Assembly: GCA_963783305.1 (NCBI GenBank)
Contig: CAWAMW010000017.1
Span: 320,001-384,000 of the forward strand
Origin: an uncultured Gemmatimonadales bacterium
GTDB taxonomy: Bacteria > Gemmatimonadota > Gemmatimonadetes > Longimicrobiales > RSA9
Direction of reading: 5' to 3'
DNA: 64,000 nucleotides
The notes under the pieces were generated by a model. The model did not search any database. It worked only from the letters and a program-made list of their open reading frames with translations, and had not been told where the DNA came from. Position 1 is the first letter of the stretch, and each line of letters begins with the position of its first letter. This document shows, in pieces, positions 1 to 10,204 of this stretch. Both the position numbers and the translations under genes were made by a program.

Positions 1-564
1 CGCGATGTGCAGGAACAGGTTGAGGAAGAAGAACGCCGCCGGCACCGGCCGGTCCCCCACGAATGTCCGACCGATCGGTTCGCTGAAGATCGGCAGCGCA
101 TCCATCAGTCGCGCTCCCTCCACCGCCAGTAGCTGCGCCTGCGTGTCCCATACCATCACGTAGCCCGTCCACCCAGACACCAGCACCACCAACAGCAGCA
201 CCAGGCCACTCACCCACGCCAGCGCTCGCGGACCCCAACTGCGACCCTGCGCGAACATCCGGAATGCATGCACCACGATCGCTATCACCGCCACGTCCGA
301 CCCGTAGCGGTGGAGCGTTCGGATCCACCGCCCCAGCCACGCCTGCTCCGTGATCCTCGCCACCGACTCGTATGGCGCCCCGATCCGGTAAAACAACAGC
401 AGGTATGCGCCCGTCAGAAGCAGCACCACCAACAGACCCGCCACGATGGCCCCGCTCGCGTACAGTGGGTTCCACCGAGACCCGTACACACGGTCCATCC
501 ACCGGTCCACCCACCGGAGCGCCCGTAGCGCCGTCCGCTGGAGCGCCGCCGCGATGCCGCTCAT
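1..564 (-). CDS. Cytochrome b N-terminal (b/b6) domain membrane protein, runs off the left edge
   Basis: Manual translation (not in ORF track): MSGIAAALQRTAL...NPLYASGAI...TGAYLLLFY...GRWIRTLHRYGSD...VVHAFRMF...GWTGYVMVWD...FLHIA; heme-ligand His spacing typical of cytochrome b. Confidence 0.85.
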   Translation of the reverse strand, partial: MSGIAAALQRTALRALRWVDRWMDRVYGSRWNPLYASGAIVAGLLVVLLLTGAYLLLFYRIGAPYESVARITEQAWLGRWIRTLHRYGSDVAVIAIVVHAFRMFAQGRSWGPRALAWVSGLVLLLVVLVSGWTGYVMVWDTQAQLLAVEGARLMDALPIFSEPIGRTFVGDRPVPAAFFFLNLFLHIA

Positions 565-656
565 GCCGCCCCTGGCCTGGTTTCCATTTCTGCCATCGTC
601 TCCATGGCTTCTGCCTGCGAGGAGCCCGCTGCCCCCTACCTTCTTGCTTTTCGCAG

Positions 657-678
657 TTTATCATAGCAATATGACAAA
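657..678. promoter_or_regulatory. Imperfect inverted repeat TTTATCATA-gcaa-TATGACAAA, putative Rrf2 operator
   Basis: 9-4-9 palindrome with one mismatch in the AT-rich gap between the divergent cytochrome b and Rrf2 genes. Confidence 0.55.
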
Positions 679-706
679 TGCAACGTCACCCTGCCCCCCG
701 ACACCC

Positions 707-1132
707 ATGCTCTCCGCCACCGCCGCCTACGCGCTCCGGGCCATGATCCACCTCGCCGCCCGCGAGGGAGAGGGTCCCGTGCGGGTGGACGATGTGGCCG
801 AGGCGCTGGGCGTGCCCAGGAACTACCTGTCGAAGGTGCTGCACGCCCTGGTGAAGGACGGGACGCTGCGATCGCTCCGGGGGCCGAATGGGGGGTTCGA
901 GCTGGCGGTCCCGTCGTCGTCGCTGACGCTGTTCGACGTGGTGCGTCCGTTCGAGGAGATGGAGTCACGGCGAATGTGCCTGCTGGGAGGCGCGTGCGAC
1001 GAGCGGAACCCGTGCGCTGTGCACGGTCGGTGGAGCGGAGTGGCGGCGGACGTCGCTTCGTTCTTCCGGGAGACGGGGCTGGACGACGTGGTGCGGGACA
1101 CGAGGCGAGTGGAGACGGTGCTGCGCGGGTGA
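707..1132 (+). CDS. Rrf2 family transcriptional regulator with Fe-S-type Cys motif
   Basis: YALRAM...YLSKVL...SLRGPNGGF...LTLFDVV; C-terminal CLLGGACDERNPCAVH (3 Cys plus His); start chosen within ORF 446..1132. Confidence 0.9.
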   Translation: MLSATAAYALRAMIHLAAREGEGPVRVDDVAEALGVPRNYLSKVLHALVKDGTLRSLRGPNGGFELAVPSSSLTLFDVVRPFEEMESRRMCLLGGACDERNPCAVHGRWSGVAADVASFFRETGLDDVVRDTRRVETVLRG

Positions 1133-1146
1133 ACACAGGAGGAGAA

Positions 1147-1308
1147 ATGGACGGAGATAGTAGGGTGCAGGAGGAAGTGCCGCTGGGCCAGCGGCTATAC
1201 GACAACTGGGTCCTGCTGTTGATCGCGGGGGTCCTGGTGGTGTCGATCACGTACGTGGGCTGGGGCATGTACGAGATTCTGACGCTGCCTCAGGCGACGC
1301 TGCCGTAA
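1147..1308 (+). CDS. Small single-TM protein, probable accessory subunit of the heme-copper oxidase
   Basis: AGGAGGAG RBS, then MDGDSRVQEEVPLGQRLYDNWVLLLIAGVLVVSITYVGWGMYEILTLPQATLP, directly before subunit II. Confidence 0.75.
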   Translation: MDGDSRVQEEVPLGQRLYDNWVLLLIAGVLVVSITYVGWGMYEILTLPQATLP

Positions 1309-1319
1309 GGAGGCGCGAA

Positions 1320-1919
1320 ATGAGATGGAGAACGGGGCTGGAGTCCCCGACGGGGGTCTGGTGGATACCGGCCCATGGCGCGGAGAAGGTCTGGTTCGGA
1401 GTGGCGTTCGCGTGGTGCATGGTGCTGTTCGCGATGATGCCGCTCTGGCACTGGAAGGGAGGCCAGAACCCGGCGGGAATCCGGGCGAAGGTGGAGCCGG
1501 CCGCGTATGCCGAGCGCGTGGAGGAATTCATCTCGGAGTACCAGGTGGGGGAAGAGAACGGGTATCCCATCGTGGAGCCGCCGGTGGGCAGCGATGTGTA
1601 CCTGCAGGCGCGGATGTGGAGCTGGACACCGATCCTGAAGCTGCGGAAGGGAGCCGACTACGTGCTGCACCTGTCGAGTCTCGACGTGAACCACGGGTTC
1701 GCGCTGTACCCGATCAACGTGAACTTCCAGGTGGTCCCGGGCTACGACTACGGCCTCGAGGTCACGCCGTCGACGGCCGGAGAGTTCGAGATCATGTGCA
1801 ACGAGTTCTGCGGCATCAACCACCACAACATGGTGGGGAAGATCATCGTGGTGGACCCGGAAGCCGAAGCGTCGGCTGTGGTCGCGGCGGGCACGGGTGG
1901 GGAGGCCAGCCATGACTAG
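1320..1919 (+). CDS. Heme-copper oxidase subunit II (CuA, single TM)
   Basis: DVNHGF...CNEFCGINHHNM CuA ligand motif; AAGGAGG RBS. Confidence 0.93.
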   Translation: MRWRTGLESPTGVWWIPAHGAEKVWFGVAFAWCMVLFAMMPLWHWKGGQNPAGIRAKVEPAAYAERVEEFISEYQVGEENGYPIVEPPVGSDVYLQARMWSWTPILKLRKGADYVLHLSSLDVNHGFALYPINVNFQVVPGYDYGLEVTPSTAGEFEIMCNEFCGINHHNMVGKIIVVDPEAEASAVVAAGTGGEASHD

Positions 1920-3489
1920 CTTCATCCATCGGGTCTGTCCCACCACCGGCCTCAAGGTGGACCGGCAGGCGAACAACCTGATCAAGGCGAACGCGGTGGC
2001 CGCCACGGTGGCGCTGCTGGTGGGTGGAGTGGCGGCGATCCTGGTGCTGCTCACGCGCTGGCAGGCGGTGCACCTGCTGGGCGCGGCGATGTTCTACCGG
2101 GTCCTGACGATCCACGGGATGAACATGCTCATCTTCTTCATCCTGTTCTTCGAGATGGCGATCCTGTACTTCGCCGGGCCGGTGCTGCTGAACAGTCGGC
2201 TCCCGGCCCCGAAGGTGGGGTGGTCGGCGTTCGCGCTCATGGTGGTGGGCGCGCTGCTGGTGGAGTGGACGATGTTCACCGGTCGCGCGGACGTGCTGTT
2301 CACGTCATACGTGCCACTCCGCGCGCACCCGGCCTTCTATGGTGGCATCATCCTCTTCGCAGTGGGCGCTCTGATCGTGGTGGGGCACTTCTTCGCGTCG
2401 CTGGTGGTGGCGAAGCGGGAGAAGTCGTACGAGGGGTCGGTCCCGCTGGTCACGTTCGGCGGGATTACGGCGGCGATCATCGCCGTGATCACGCTGGCGC
2501 AGGGCGCGGCCATCTACATCCCGACGTTCTTCTGGTCGTTGGGGATCGGGGAGGTGGACCCGCAGGTATACCGGATGGTGTGGTGGGGGCTGGGGCACAG
2601 TTCGCAGCAGATCAATGTGGCCGCCATGGTCTCGGTGTGGTACCTGCTGGGCGGGCTCACGGTCGGGGCCGTGGTGCTGAACGAGAAGATCAGCCGCACC
2701 GCCTTCGTCCTGTACGTCCTGTTCATTTCCATGGCCGCCGCGCACCACCTGCTGGTGGACCCGGGGCTCGGGCCGGCATGGAAGATCGTCAACACCAGCT
2801 ACTTCATGTACATGGCGGTGCTGGCCAGCATGCTCCACGGCTTCACGGTACCGGCGGGAATCGAAGTGGGCCAGCGCCTGCGGGGGTACACGAAGGGCAC
2901 ATTCGAATGGCTGCGGCGCGCCCCGTGGAGCGACCCGGGGTTCAGCTCACTGGCGTTCTCCGTGGTGGTGTTCGGCTTCGTGGGCGGGATCACCGGCGTC
3001 ACGTTCGGGACCGAGCAGATCAACATCATCGCGCACAACACGCTCCGCATACCCGGCCACTTCCACGCCACCGTTGTGAGCGGGACGGCCATGGCGTTCA
3101 TGGGGCTCACCTACTACGTCATCCCGCTGATCTTCAGGAAGAAGGTGGCGTTCTGGCCGCTGGCGAAGATCCAGCCCTACCTGTTCGCCGGCGGGATGCT
3201 CGTGTTCAGCATGGCCATGACCTTCGCCGGCACGTTCGCGGTCCCGCGGAGGCACTGGGACATCACGTTCCAGAACGCGCCGTTCGACCTCCAGTTCAGC
3301 CCGACCGTGGACCTGCTGCTCGGCATCATGGCCATCGGCGGCCTGGTGGCAGCGGTGGGCGGAGGCATCTACATCCTGGTCACAGTCTGGTCGGTATTTT
3401 TCGGAGAACCCATTGAAGAAGGAGATGACGTCTATGTCGATGCACGGACTCCCACAGGGGATAGTGAACCCGCCCCGGCCGTTCACTGA
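1912..3489 (+). CDS. Heme-copper oxidase superfamily subunit I, eNOR-like nitric oxide reductase
   Basis: Six His ligands (TIHG, GHSSQQ, AHHLL, GHFHA); helix VI reads H-S-S-Q-Q with Gln at the Tyr cross-link position. Confidence 0.85.
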   Translation: MTSFIHRVCPTTGLKVDRQANNLIKANAVAATVALLVGGVAAILVLLTRWQAVHLLGAAMFYRVLTIHGMNMLIFFILFFEMAILYFAGPVLLNSRLPAPKVGWSAFALMVVGALLVEWTMFTGRADVLFTSYVPLRAHPAFYGGIILFAVGALIVVGHFFASLVVAKREKSYEGSVPLVTFGGITAAIIAVITLAQGAAIYIPTFFWSLGIGEVDPQVYRMVWWGLGHSSQQINVAAMVSVWYLLGGLTVGAVVLNEKISRTAFVLYVLFISMAAAHHLLVDPGLGPAWKIVNTSYFMYMAVLASMLHGFTVPAGIEVGQRLRGYTKGTFEWLRRAPWSDPGFSSLAFSVVVFGFVGGITGVTFGTEQINIIAHNTLRIPGHFHATVVSGTAMAFMGLTYYVIPLIFRKKVAFWPLAKIQPYLFAGGMLVFSMAMTFAGTFAVPRRHWDITFQNAPFDLQFSPTVDLLLGIMAIGGLVAAVGGGIYILVTVWSVFFGEPIEEGDDVYVDARTPTGDSEPAPAVH

Positions 3490-3637
3490 GGCCGACGAGG
3501 CGGCGGTGCTCGAGCGGCACGGGAAAATGGGGCCTACACCCGGGACGGTGATCCTGGTGGCCATCTTCCTCGTTGCCTTCGCAACCTACTACTTCACGAA
3601 CTGGAAGCTGCTGTCGTTCCTGTGGCAGATCGGCTGA
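3434..3637 (+). CDS. Small single-TM protein overlapping the subunit I end (separate subunit or frameshifted C-terminus)
   Basis: ORF 3413..3637 with TM PGTVILVAIFLVAFATYYFTNW; AAGGAG lies 9 nt before ATG 3434. Confidence 0.6.
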   Translation: MSMHGLPQGIVNPPRPFTEADEAAVLERHGKMGPTPGTVILVAIFLVAFATYYFTNWKLLSFLWQIG

Positions 3638-4539
3638 TCCGGACCCGGCTGACCCGCAGGCACGGCCTCCTGATCTCGGCACTGGCCGCCATTGCGGGCA
3701 TAACTGCGGGGTGGTGGGCGCTGGCACTCTGGCCGGCGCCCGCCGACGCCCCCGCCTGGCTGGGTCGAACCCGCGCCGTCTGCTTCGGAGTGGGCGACTC
3801 CGGGCTTCCGGACGCCGCCGGCTGGGCCGTCCTGATCGGGCAGCCCGCCAGCATGCTGGCGGTGCTCCTCTTCGGCTGGTGGCGAACCACGACCGAAGCG
3901 CTGCGCATCGTCGGCCGATCCCGGGCCGGCCGTGCCGCCCTCGCCAGCGCCACTCTGCTCCTGGCCACGGGGGCCACGGCCGCATCCGTGCGCGTGGCCG
4001 GGGCGGCGGGAGGGGGGCGCTCCACGCTCGATGCGCCGACGCGCTCCGCGGCCGAGCTGCCACGCCTCCACCTGGCTGCGCCGGCGCTCGACCTCGTGGA
4101 CCAGCACGGTGAGCCGTTCACCCTCGAACGGCTCCGGGGGGAGCCCGCCCTCGTTACATTCGCCTTCGCTCACTGTGAGACGGTTTGCCCCGTGCTGGTT
4201 CGGGAGGTGCGGCGTGCGCGGCAACTCGCCCTGGATCGCGGCCTCGCGCCACCCGCCGTCGTGGTGGTCACGGTCGACCCGTGGCGCGACACGCCGCCGC
4301 GGCTTCCACACATCGCCAAGGGTTGGGAGCTGGCGGAAGACGAGTGGGTGCTCAGCGCCCAGCCGGACGCAGTACGGGCGACCCTCGAACGGTGGAATGT
4401 TCCCACCACGAGGGACGCCCGTACCGGAGAAATCACGCATCCGGCCATCGTCTATGTTCTGGACCGGGAAGGGCGGGTCGCGTTCGCCACCACCGGGGGC
4501 GGCGAGCACGCCCTCGCCCTCCTCGCGCGGATCAACTAG
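3622..4539 (+). CDS. SCO1/SenC copper chaperone with N-terminal membrane region
   Basis: FAHCETVCP (CxxxC) plus ITHPAIVYVLD His; follows the CuA operon. Confidence 0.88.
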   Translation: MADRLIRTRLTRRHGLLISALAAIAGITAGWWALALWPAPADAPAWLGRTRAVCFGVGDSGLPDAAGWAVLIGQPASMLAVLLFGWWRTTTEALRIVGRSRAGRAALASATLLLATGATAASVRVAGAAGGGRSTLDAPTRSAAELPRLHLAAPALDLVDQHGEPFTLERLRGEPALVTFAFAHCETVCPVLVREVRRARQLALDRGLAPPAVVVVTVDPWRDTPPRLPHIAKGWELAEDEWVLSAQPDAVRATLERWNVPTTRDARTGEITHPAIVYVLDREGRVAFATTGGGEHALALLARIN

Positions 4540-5012
4540 CGCATCGGGTTCGCATCCCGAGAGGTCCGCTCGTACCCCTCACGGACGTGCGGGCGCATGG
4601 TGTCGTAGTCGTTTTCGTGGTCGGTGTCTTTCCAACCCGCACGAAGCTCCGGCTCCACCTCATCGAAGGAGCGGCCGCGATAGTCGGGGTTCCGACCCGC
4701 CGCGTGGCCCACGCCGTAGCCGACCCGCGCCTGGTCGTAGTCCAGGTCCGAGCCGACCTCGCGGTGATGGGCACGATAATGCTCTTCGTGGTCACCCATG
4801 TCCTCCAGCGCGCGACCCGCCTTCTCACCGGCCCACCAGCCACCGGCCGCACCGGCGATCCCGCCAATGATCGTGCCGATGGGACCCGCGGCCGAACCGA
4901 TCCCCGCGCCCGCCAGCACGCCGCCGATGCCACCAGCGGCCTCGCCTGCCTGTTCGCCCGCGCCCGGGTTCTCGTCGCGTACGTCGTCCGAAAGATGTTC
5001 TCGGTCCGTCAT
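4536..5012 (-). CDS. Hypothetical protein with glycine-zipper N-terminus
   Basis: GGIGGVLAGAGIGSAAGPIGTIIGGIAGAAGG; host-like codon usage. Confidence 0.7.
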   Translation of the reverse strand: MTDREHLSDDVRDENPGAGEQAGEAAGGIGGVLAGAGIGSAAGPIGTIIGGIAGAAGGWWAGEKAGRALEDMGDHEEHYRAHHREVGSDLDYDQARVGYGVGHAAGRNPDYRGRSFDEVEPELRAGWKDTDHENDYDTMRPHVREGYERTSRDANPMR

Positions 5013-5177
5013 GGTTCACCTCTGTCTCAGGAGAAGAAAACTGCCTTCCGTGAACGGATGTTTGTGCAGGATGCACGCCACGAATCGCGCGCCGCGTTTC
5101 AAGGTTTTCCCCACAGACGACCCGCTCCCCCGACCGTATCGTGGTTCCAATCACCACGGTCACGAAGGAGACAGCCC

Positions 5178-5618
5178 ATGGACGAGAAGGAGTTCGACCT
5201 GACCCTGACGCTCGGGGAGGGGATGCAGTTCGACGCTGCGTTCGATGGCGAGAAGATGGCGAACCTGCTCTTCGACGAGCCGGAGCCGGTGGGAGAGGAT
5301 GAGGGCCCCAACGCCGCGCGCGTCCTGGGGGCCGCCATCGGCAACTGTCTGAGCGCCAGCCTGCTTTTCTGCCTCCGGAAGGCCCGCGTGGACGTGGTGG
5401 GAATGCGCACGGAGGTGAAGGGCACGATCACGCGGAACGAGAGTGGCCGGTTCCGGATCGGCAGGATTGCCGTGAAGGTGCTGACGGAGATCCCACCGGA
5501 AGATCAGAGCCGGGTGGACCGGTGTCTGAAGGTGTTCGAAGACTTCTGCATCGTGAGCGCGAGTGTGCGGCAGGGGATCGAGATCGACGTCGAGGTGGAT
5601 GTCCTGAACCCCGGCTGA
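5178..5618 (+). CDS. OsmC family protein
   Basis: DEPEPVGEDEGPN..LGAAIGNC...FEDFCIVSASV; AAGGAG RBS. Confidence 0.85.
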   Translation: MDEKEFDLTLTLGEGMQFDAAFDGEKMANLLFDEPEPVGEDEGPNAARVLGAAIGNCLSASLLFCLRKARVDVVGMRTEVKGTITRNESGRFRIGRIAVKVLTEIPPEDQSRVDRCLKVFEDFCIVSASVRQGIEIDVEVDVLNPG

Positions 5619-5623
5619 CGGCC

Positions 5624-6160
5624 TCAGACCGCCTGACCGTTCTCCTCATCATAGCGGCGGATCGCGTCCTCGATGGCTTCGATGGCGCGGCCGCGGCCCG
5701 CCCAGCCGCCGGTGACGGTCTCCTTGCCCTCCAGCTCCTTGTACACGGCGAAGAAGTGGTCGATCTCGCGGAGCGTGTGAGGCGGAACGTCCTCCAGCTG
5801 GTGGTACTCGTCCATGTAGGGATCGGAGGTGGGCACAGCCAGGATCTTGTGGTCGATGCCCTTCTCGTCCCGCATCTGGAACATCCCCACCGGGCGGACC
5901 TCGATGAGACAGCCCGGCACCGTCGGCACCGTAATCAGGATGAGCACGTCGAGCGCGTCGCCGTCCTCCGCCAGCGTCCGGGGTACGAAGCCGTAGTCGC
6001 CGGGGTAGTGGACGGCGCTGTAGAGCAGCCGATCGAACTTCAGGACGCCGGAGTCCTTGTCCACCTCGTACTTGTTCCGACTCCCGCCCGGGATTTCGAC
6101 ATAGGCGTTGAGGAGGTCGGGCGGCGCGGGTCCAGCCTTGAGGTCGTGGAGCGGATGCAT
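5624..6160 (-). CDS. ppa: Inorganic pyrophosphatase (family I)
   Basis: RNKYEVDK, YPGDYGF, DGDALDV, DEKGIDHK motifs. Confidence 0.95.
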   Translation of the reverse strand: MHPLHDLKAGPAPPDLLNAYVEIPGGSRNKYEVDKDSGVLKFDRLLYSAVHYPGDYGFVPRTLAEDGDALDVLILITVPTVPGCLIEVRPVGMFQMRDEKGIDHKILAVPTSDPYMDEYHQLEDVPPHTLREIDHFFAVYKELEGKETVTGGWAGRGRAIEAIEDAIRRYDEENGQAV

Positions 6161-6167
6161 CAGCGGC

Positions 6168-6728
6168 TCACATCACCCGGCGGAGCGCCTGCGTGGCGGT
6201 GGCCGTCGCCGCGCCGAACGCGAGGTGGGCCCCCAGCGCCTTGGCGTGGTCGGGGATCGAATGGGCCGTGGGCCCTGCGGACAGGCCCAGCAGCGGCACC
6301 ATGATCTCGTCGCCGAGCACCCATAGCGCGGTGCCATAGCCCAGCCCGGCCACCAGGTCGGGCACATCCGCGGCGGGGCGGAGCGCGCCGTAGAGGCCAC
6401 CGACGAGGACTCCGTAGCCCCAGTGGACCGCCTGGCCCAACTTCTCCTTCGCTTTCTCGTCCGGCTCGTCCCCCGTGGCCGTGTGGTACGCGATTCGGCC
6501 GAGCGCGGCCGTCGCCGCCTCGTCCTCACGGGCCTGACGACCGGAGACCGCGATGTCGTCGAGGGCGTCCTGCCGCTCCACGATGTCCTCCTCGTCGGAA
6601 CCCTGTCCCTCTCCGTTGGAGAGCGCCTGCGACGCGCGGAAGAAAAGTCCCATGACTGCGAGCCCCGCCAGGCTGCCCAGCGCTCCGCGGAGCATTCCGT
6701 TCATGTGGTCACTGTCGATGCGGGCCAT
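6168..6728 (-). CDS. DUF1440-like membrane protein
   Basis: VHWGYG...GLGYGTALWVLGDEIMVPLLGLS...H..ALGAHLAFG pattern. Confidence 0.65.
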   Translation of the reverse strand: MARIDSDHMNGMLRGALGSLAGLAVMGLFFRASQALSNGEGQGSDEEDIVERQDALDDIAVSGRQAREDEAATAALGRIAYHTATGDEPDEKAKEKLGQAVHWGYGVLVGGLYGALRPAADVPDLVAGLGYGTALWVLGDEIMVPLLGLSAGPTAHSIPDHAKALGAHLAFGAATATATQALRRVM

Positions 6729-6871
6729 GGGGCGAGTCCTCCTGCGCGGGACGTGACGAAGCGAGCACTCCCTGCACTGAAGGAACCATGCCAGCATCGA
6801 ACATCGCCCATCGGCTTCTGCACCGAGCCTCAGGGGATCGAAGATCCAGAGTCGCTAGGCGCTGATCGATC

Positions 6872-9109
6872 TCAGGCCACGAGCCTCCACACCTGCGCGA
6901 CCATGAAGGTGACGACGATCCCCATGACCAGCGGCATGAGCGCCGCGACGGTCGTCCATTTCACGCTCCCCGTCTCCTTGTAGATCGTGTAGATCGTGGT
7001 GGAGCAGGGGTTGTGGAGCAGGCTGAAGAGCATCAGCGACACGCCGGTCAGCAGCGTCCAGCCGCCCGCCTGAAGGACCTGCGCCATGGCCATGGTGCTG
7101 TCCAGCTCGAACAGGACTCCGGCGCCCTCCCCCAGGGCCAACCCGGCGCTGAGGACGGTGAGCATGAGGATCGTGGGGATGACGATCTCGTTGGCGGGGA
7201 TCGCCACCACGTAGGCCAGGAGGATCACGCCGTTCATGCCCAGGAGCACGCCCATCGGGTTCAGCCAGTCGATGAGGTATTCGGCGACGCTCGCATCGCC
7301 GATAACGACGTTGGCCGACAGCCAGATCACCCCCCCGGCCGGCACCGCGAACATGACGGCCCTCCAGAGCACGATGAGGGTGCGGTCGACCACGGACGTG
7401 TAGAGGGTCTGGAGCACGCGCGGCGGGCGGTACGGCGGTAGCTCCAGACTGAAGGTGGTCGCTTCACCGCGCAGGACCGTACTCGACAGCATCCAGGATG
7501 CGAGAAACATGAAGAGGATGCCGAGCACCGCGATCCCCACGACGGCCGAGGCGGCCACCAGACCGGCGAGGTGCGGCGGCGCGAGCGCTCCGATGAAAAT
7601 AGTGGCGATGAGGATCTGCGTCGGCCACCGCCCGTTGCAGAGTGAGAAATTGTTCGTGATGATGGCGATCAACCGCTCCCGCGGGCTGTCGATGATGCGC
7701 GTCGCCACCACGCCGGCCGCGTTGCAACCGAACCCCATGGCCATGGTCAGCGCCTGTTTCCCGTGGGCTCCGACCCGCTGGAACATGGAATCCATGTTGA
7801 ACGCGACACGGGGCAGGTACCCGAAGTCCTCCAGCAGTGTGAACAGCGGGAAGAAGATGGCCATGGGGGGCAGCATGACGGCCACGACCCACGCCGTCGC
7901 CAGGTAGACCCCGTCGAAGAGGAACCCGCTCAGCCACCAGGGCATGCCGATGGCATTCCCCGCCGCGGTGAGCAGGCTGTGGCCATGGTCGACGAGCAGC
8001 GTCCCCAGCATCTGCGACGGCACGTTCGCGCCCGCGATGGTGATCCAGAAGACCGCGGCGAGGACCCCGAGCATGATGGGGAGGCCGAGCCAGCGGCTGG
8101 TGAGGAGCTGGTCGAGCTTGCGGTCGAAGCGCTGACCGATCGCCCGGAGCCCCCGCTCCTGCGATTCGTCCGCGATCCGCTGCGCGGCGCCGTACAGCCG
8201 CTCCATGAGTGCGTCGTGGAAGTCCGGCCGGAGGTTCCAGCGCAGCCGGGACGCGGTCTCCAGGACCTCGTTGATAGCCTCCGGCTCCGGCTCGGGCGGA
8301 TCCCCGGTGAGCTGGGCGACGCCCGTGGCGACGACCCCTTCCTCCAGAAACCCGAGCTCGCCTTCCCGCACCGCTTCCTCCACGGCGCCATCGCCATTCA
8401 ACAGACGGAGCGCGACCCAGCGCGGGTTCGCGACCCCCGGGTACGCGCGCTCGATGGCCGGCATGAGCTCACCTACCGCCCCCTCCACCTCCGGCGCGTG
8501 GGCCTCGAGACGGTACGGCGTCGTGGGCCGCTCGCCCATGGCCACCGCCTGCACCGTGTCGAGCAGCAGGTTCACCCCTTCCCCGCTCCGGGCCACCGTG
8601 GCGACGACGGGTACTCCGAGCGTCCGTTCCAGCCGCTCCACATCGATAGAAACGCCATGACGACGCGCCTCGTCCACCAGGTTCAGGCAGACCACCACCC
8701 GATCCGTGATCTCCAGCACCTGCAGGACCAGGTTCAGGTTCCGCTCCAGCCGGCTCGCGTCCACCACTACCACCGTGACGTCGGGGCGCCCGAAGACCAG
8801 GAAGTCCCGGGCGACCTCCTCGTCGGTGCTGCCCGCCTGCAGCGAGTACGTCCCCGGCAGGTCCACCACCTTCACCCGCTGCCCCCGGTGCGCGAACGCG
8901 CCCTCGGCGCGGACTACGGTCTTGCCCGGCCAGTTCCCCGTGTGCTGCCGCAGCCCCGTCAGCGCGTTGAAAACCGTGCTCTTCCCCACGTTCGGGTTGC
9001 CGGCCAGCGCCACCAGGTAGTCCCACCGGTCCGGGCTCAGACCCAGCCGCACCAGGTTCTGCTGCCGGTGCTCGCTCGACGACCGCCGCTCCCTCGTGCG
9101 CGTCGCCAT
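6872..9109 (-). CDS. feoB: Ferrous iron transporter B
   Basis: [37 protein letters not shown] overlap with the upstream gene. Confidence 0.95.
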   Translation of the reverse strand: MATRTRERRSSSEHRQQNLVRLGLSPDRWDYLVALAGNPNVGKSTVFNALTGLRQHTGNWPGKTVVRAEGAFAHRGQRVKVVDLPGTYSLQAGSTDEEVARDFLVFGRPDVTVVVVDASRLERNLNLVLQVLEITDRVVVCLNLVDEARRHGVSIDVERLERTLGVPVVATVARSGEGVNLLLDTVQAVAMGERPTTPYRLEAHAPEVEGAVGELMPAIERAYPGVANPRWVALRLLNGDGAVEEAVREGELGFLEEGVVATGVAQLTGDPPEPEPEAINEVLETASRLRWNLRPDFHDALMERLYGAAQRIADESQERGLRAIGQRFDRKLDQLLTSRWLGLPIMLGVLAAVFWITIAGANVPSQMLGTLLVDHGHSLLTAAGNAIGMPWWLSGFLFDGVYLATAWVVAVMLPPMAIFFPLFTLLEDFGYLPRVAFNMDSMFQRVGAHGKQALTMAMGFGCNAAGVVATRIIDSPRERLIAIITNNFSLCNGRWPTQILIATIFIGALAPPHLAGLVAASAVVGIAVLGILFMFLASWMLSSTVLRGEATTFSLELPPYRPPRVLQTLYTSVVDRTLIVLWRAVMFAVPAGGVIWLSANVVIGDASVAEYLIDWLNPMGVLLGMNGVILLAYVVAIPANEIVIPTILMLTVLSAGLALGEGAGVLFELDSTMAMAQVLQAGGWTLLTGVSLMLFSLLHNPCSTTIYTIYKETGSVKWTTVAALMPLVMGIVVTFMVAQVWRLVA

Positions 9110-10170
9110 CAGCCCGCCCTCTCCGACGGCTGCTCCTCGACTTCGATCCACGACGCCTGCTCACGACGCAGCGCGATCAGCGCGCCCCGGATCCGGTACG
9201 CCACCGGGTCGCCCGCCGCGCTCACCAGCTCCGCCACCACCGTCGTGCCGGGCACCACGCCCAGGTCCAGCAGACGACGGCGCTGCGGACCCTGGCACGC
9301 CGGCGCGATCCCCACCACCCGCACCGGCTCGCCCCGCGCGGCGTCGGCCAGCGTGCGCACCCTGCCCATCGCCGCCTCACCCTCCGGCAGCCGCTCCACG
9401 GTGACATTGGCCGCGTCCACGGGCCTGAGCACGTGCTCCGCGCCCCGCACCTGGATCCGCACCCGGCCCGCGTCGCCCGCGCCCCGCTCCCGGCGCTCCA
9501 CGACCTCGAGCGTCTGACCCGGCGCCAGCCCCATCTCCAGCAGACGATCGAACACCTCGCGCGGCTCGTCCTCCAGGTGCCGCACCACCGCGCTCTCCCC
9601 CGCCCCCAGCGCGCCCAACGTGGTCCCCACACGGTCGGGGATCTCGCCGCCCGCCGTGGGGATCGGGTCGCCGTGCGGGTCGTAGCGGGGATCACCGAGC
9701 CGCGACGCCAGCGCCTCCGCCTCCGCCGCGCTCAACTGGTGCTCCACCCGCTCCGCCTTCGTATGCCACTCCGCCGCCGGCACCCCCGTGCGGTCCGCCA
9801 GGTACCGCTCCCACAGACGATGCGTGCGCAGGATCCGCAGCGCGTACTCACGACCCGCCTCCGTCAGCCCGTAGCCGTCTCCGTTCGCCTCCGCCAGCCC
9901 CTGGTCCGTCAGCCGCGTCAGGACGTCCGATGCCGCGCCGCGCGACGTCTCCAGCCGCCCCGCCAGCCGCTCCAGCGAGCACAGCCGGCCGGACCGCTCG
10001 CTGTCCAGCAGGTGCTTCAGCGCGTCCTCCAGACGCACCCGCTCGGCCTCCTTGCGGAGGCGATCCATGCGCGCGAGCAGACCGGCCCGCGGCCAGAACG
10101 CGGCGGCCGCGGCGAGGGCGATTGCGACGGCGAGCAGCGCCATCGGGCTGAAGAGGGACTCGGGTATCAT
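9109..10170 (-). CDS. DtxR/MntR family metal-dependent regulator with N-terminal TM segment and two FeoA domains
   Basis: [22 protein letters not shown]; two FeoA-like repeats ([20 protein letters not shown]...[10 protein letters not shown]). Confidence 0.9.
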   Translation of the reverse strand: MIPESLFSPMALLAVAIALAAAAAFWPRAGLLARMDRLRKEAERVRLEDALKHLLDSERSGRLCSLERLAGRLETSRGAASDVLTRLTDQGLAEANGDGYGLTEAGREYALRILRTHRLWERYLADRTGVPAAEWHTKAERVEHQLSAAEAEALASRLGDPRYDPHGDPIPTAGGEIPDRVGTTLGALGAGESAVVRHLEDEPREVFDRLLEMGLAPGQTLEVVERRERGAGDAGRVRIQVRGAEHVLRPVDAANVTVERLPEGEAAMGRVRTLADAARGEPVRVVGIAPACQGPQRRRLLDLGVVPGTTVVAELVSAAGDPVAYRIRGALIALRREQASWIEVEEQPSERAG

Positions 10171-10180
10171 CCTGATCCTA

Positions 10181-10204
10181 ATGTTTTAGTGTGGCCTAAA
10201 ACAT
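10181..10204. promoter_or_regulatory. DtxR/MntR-type operator ATGTTTTAG-tgtggc-CTAAAACAT
   Basis: Perfect 9-bp inverted repeat just upstream of the regulator start; TTAG...CCTAA core resembles DtxR-family boxes. Confidence 0.8.
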
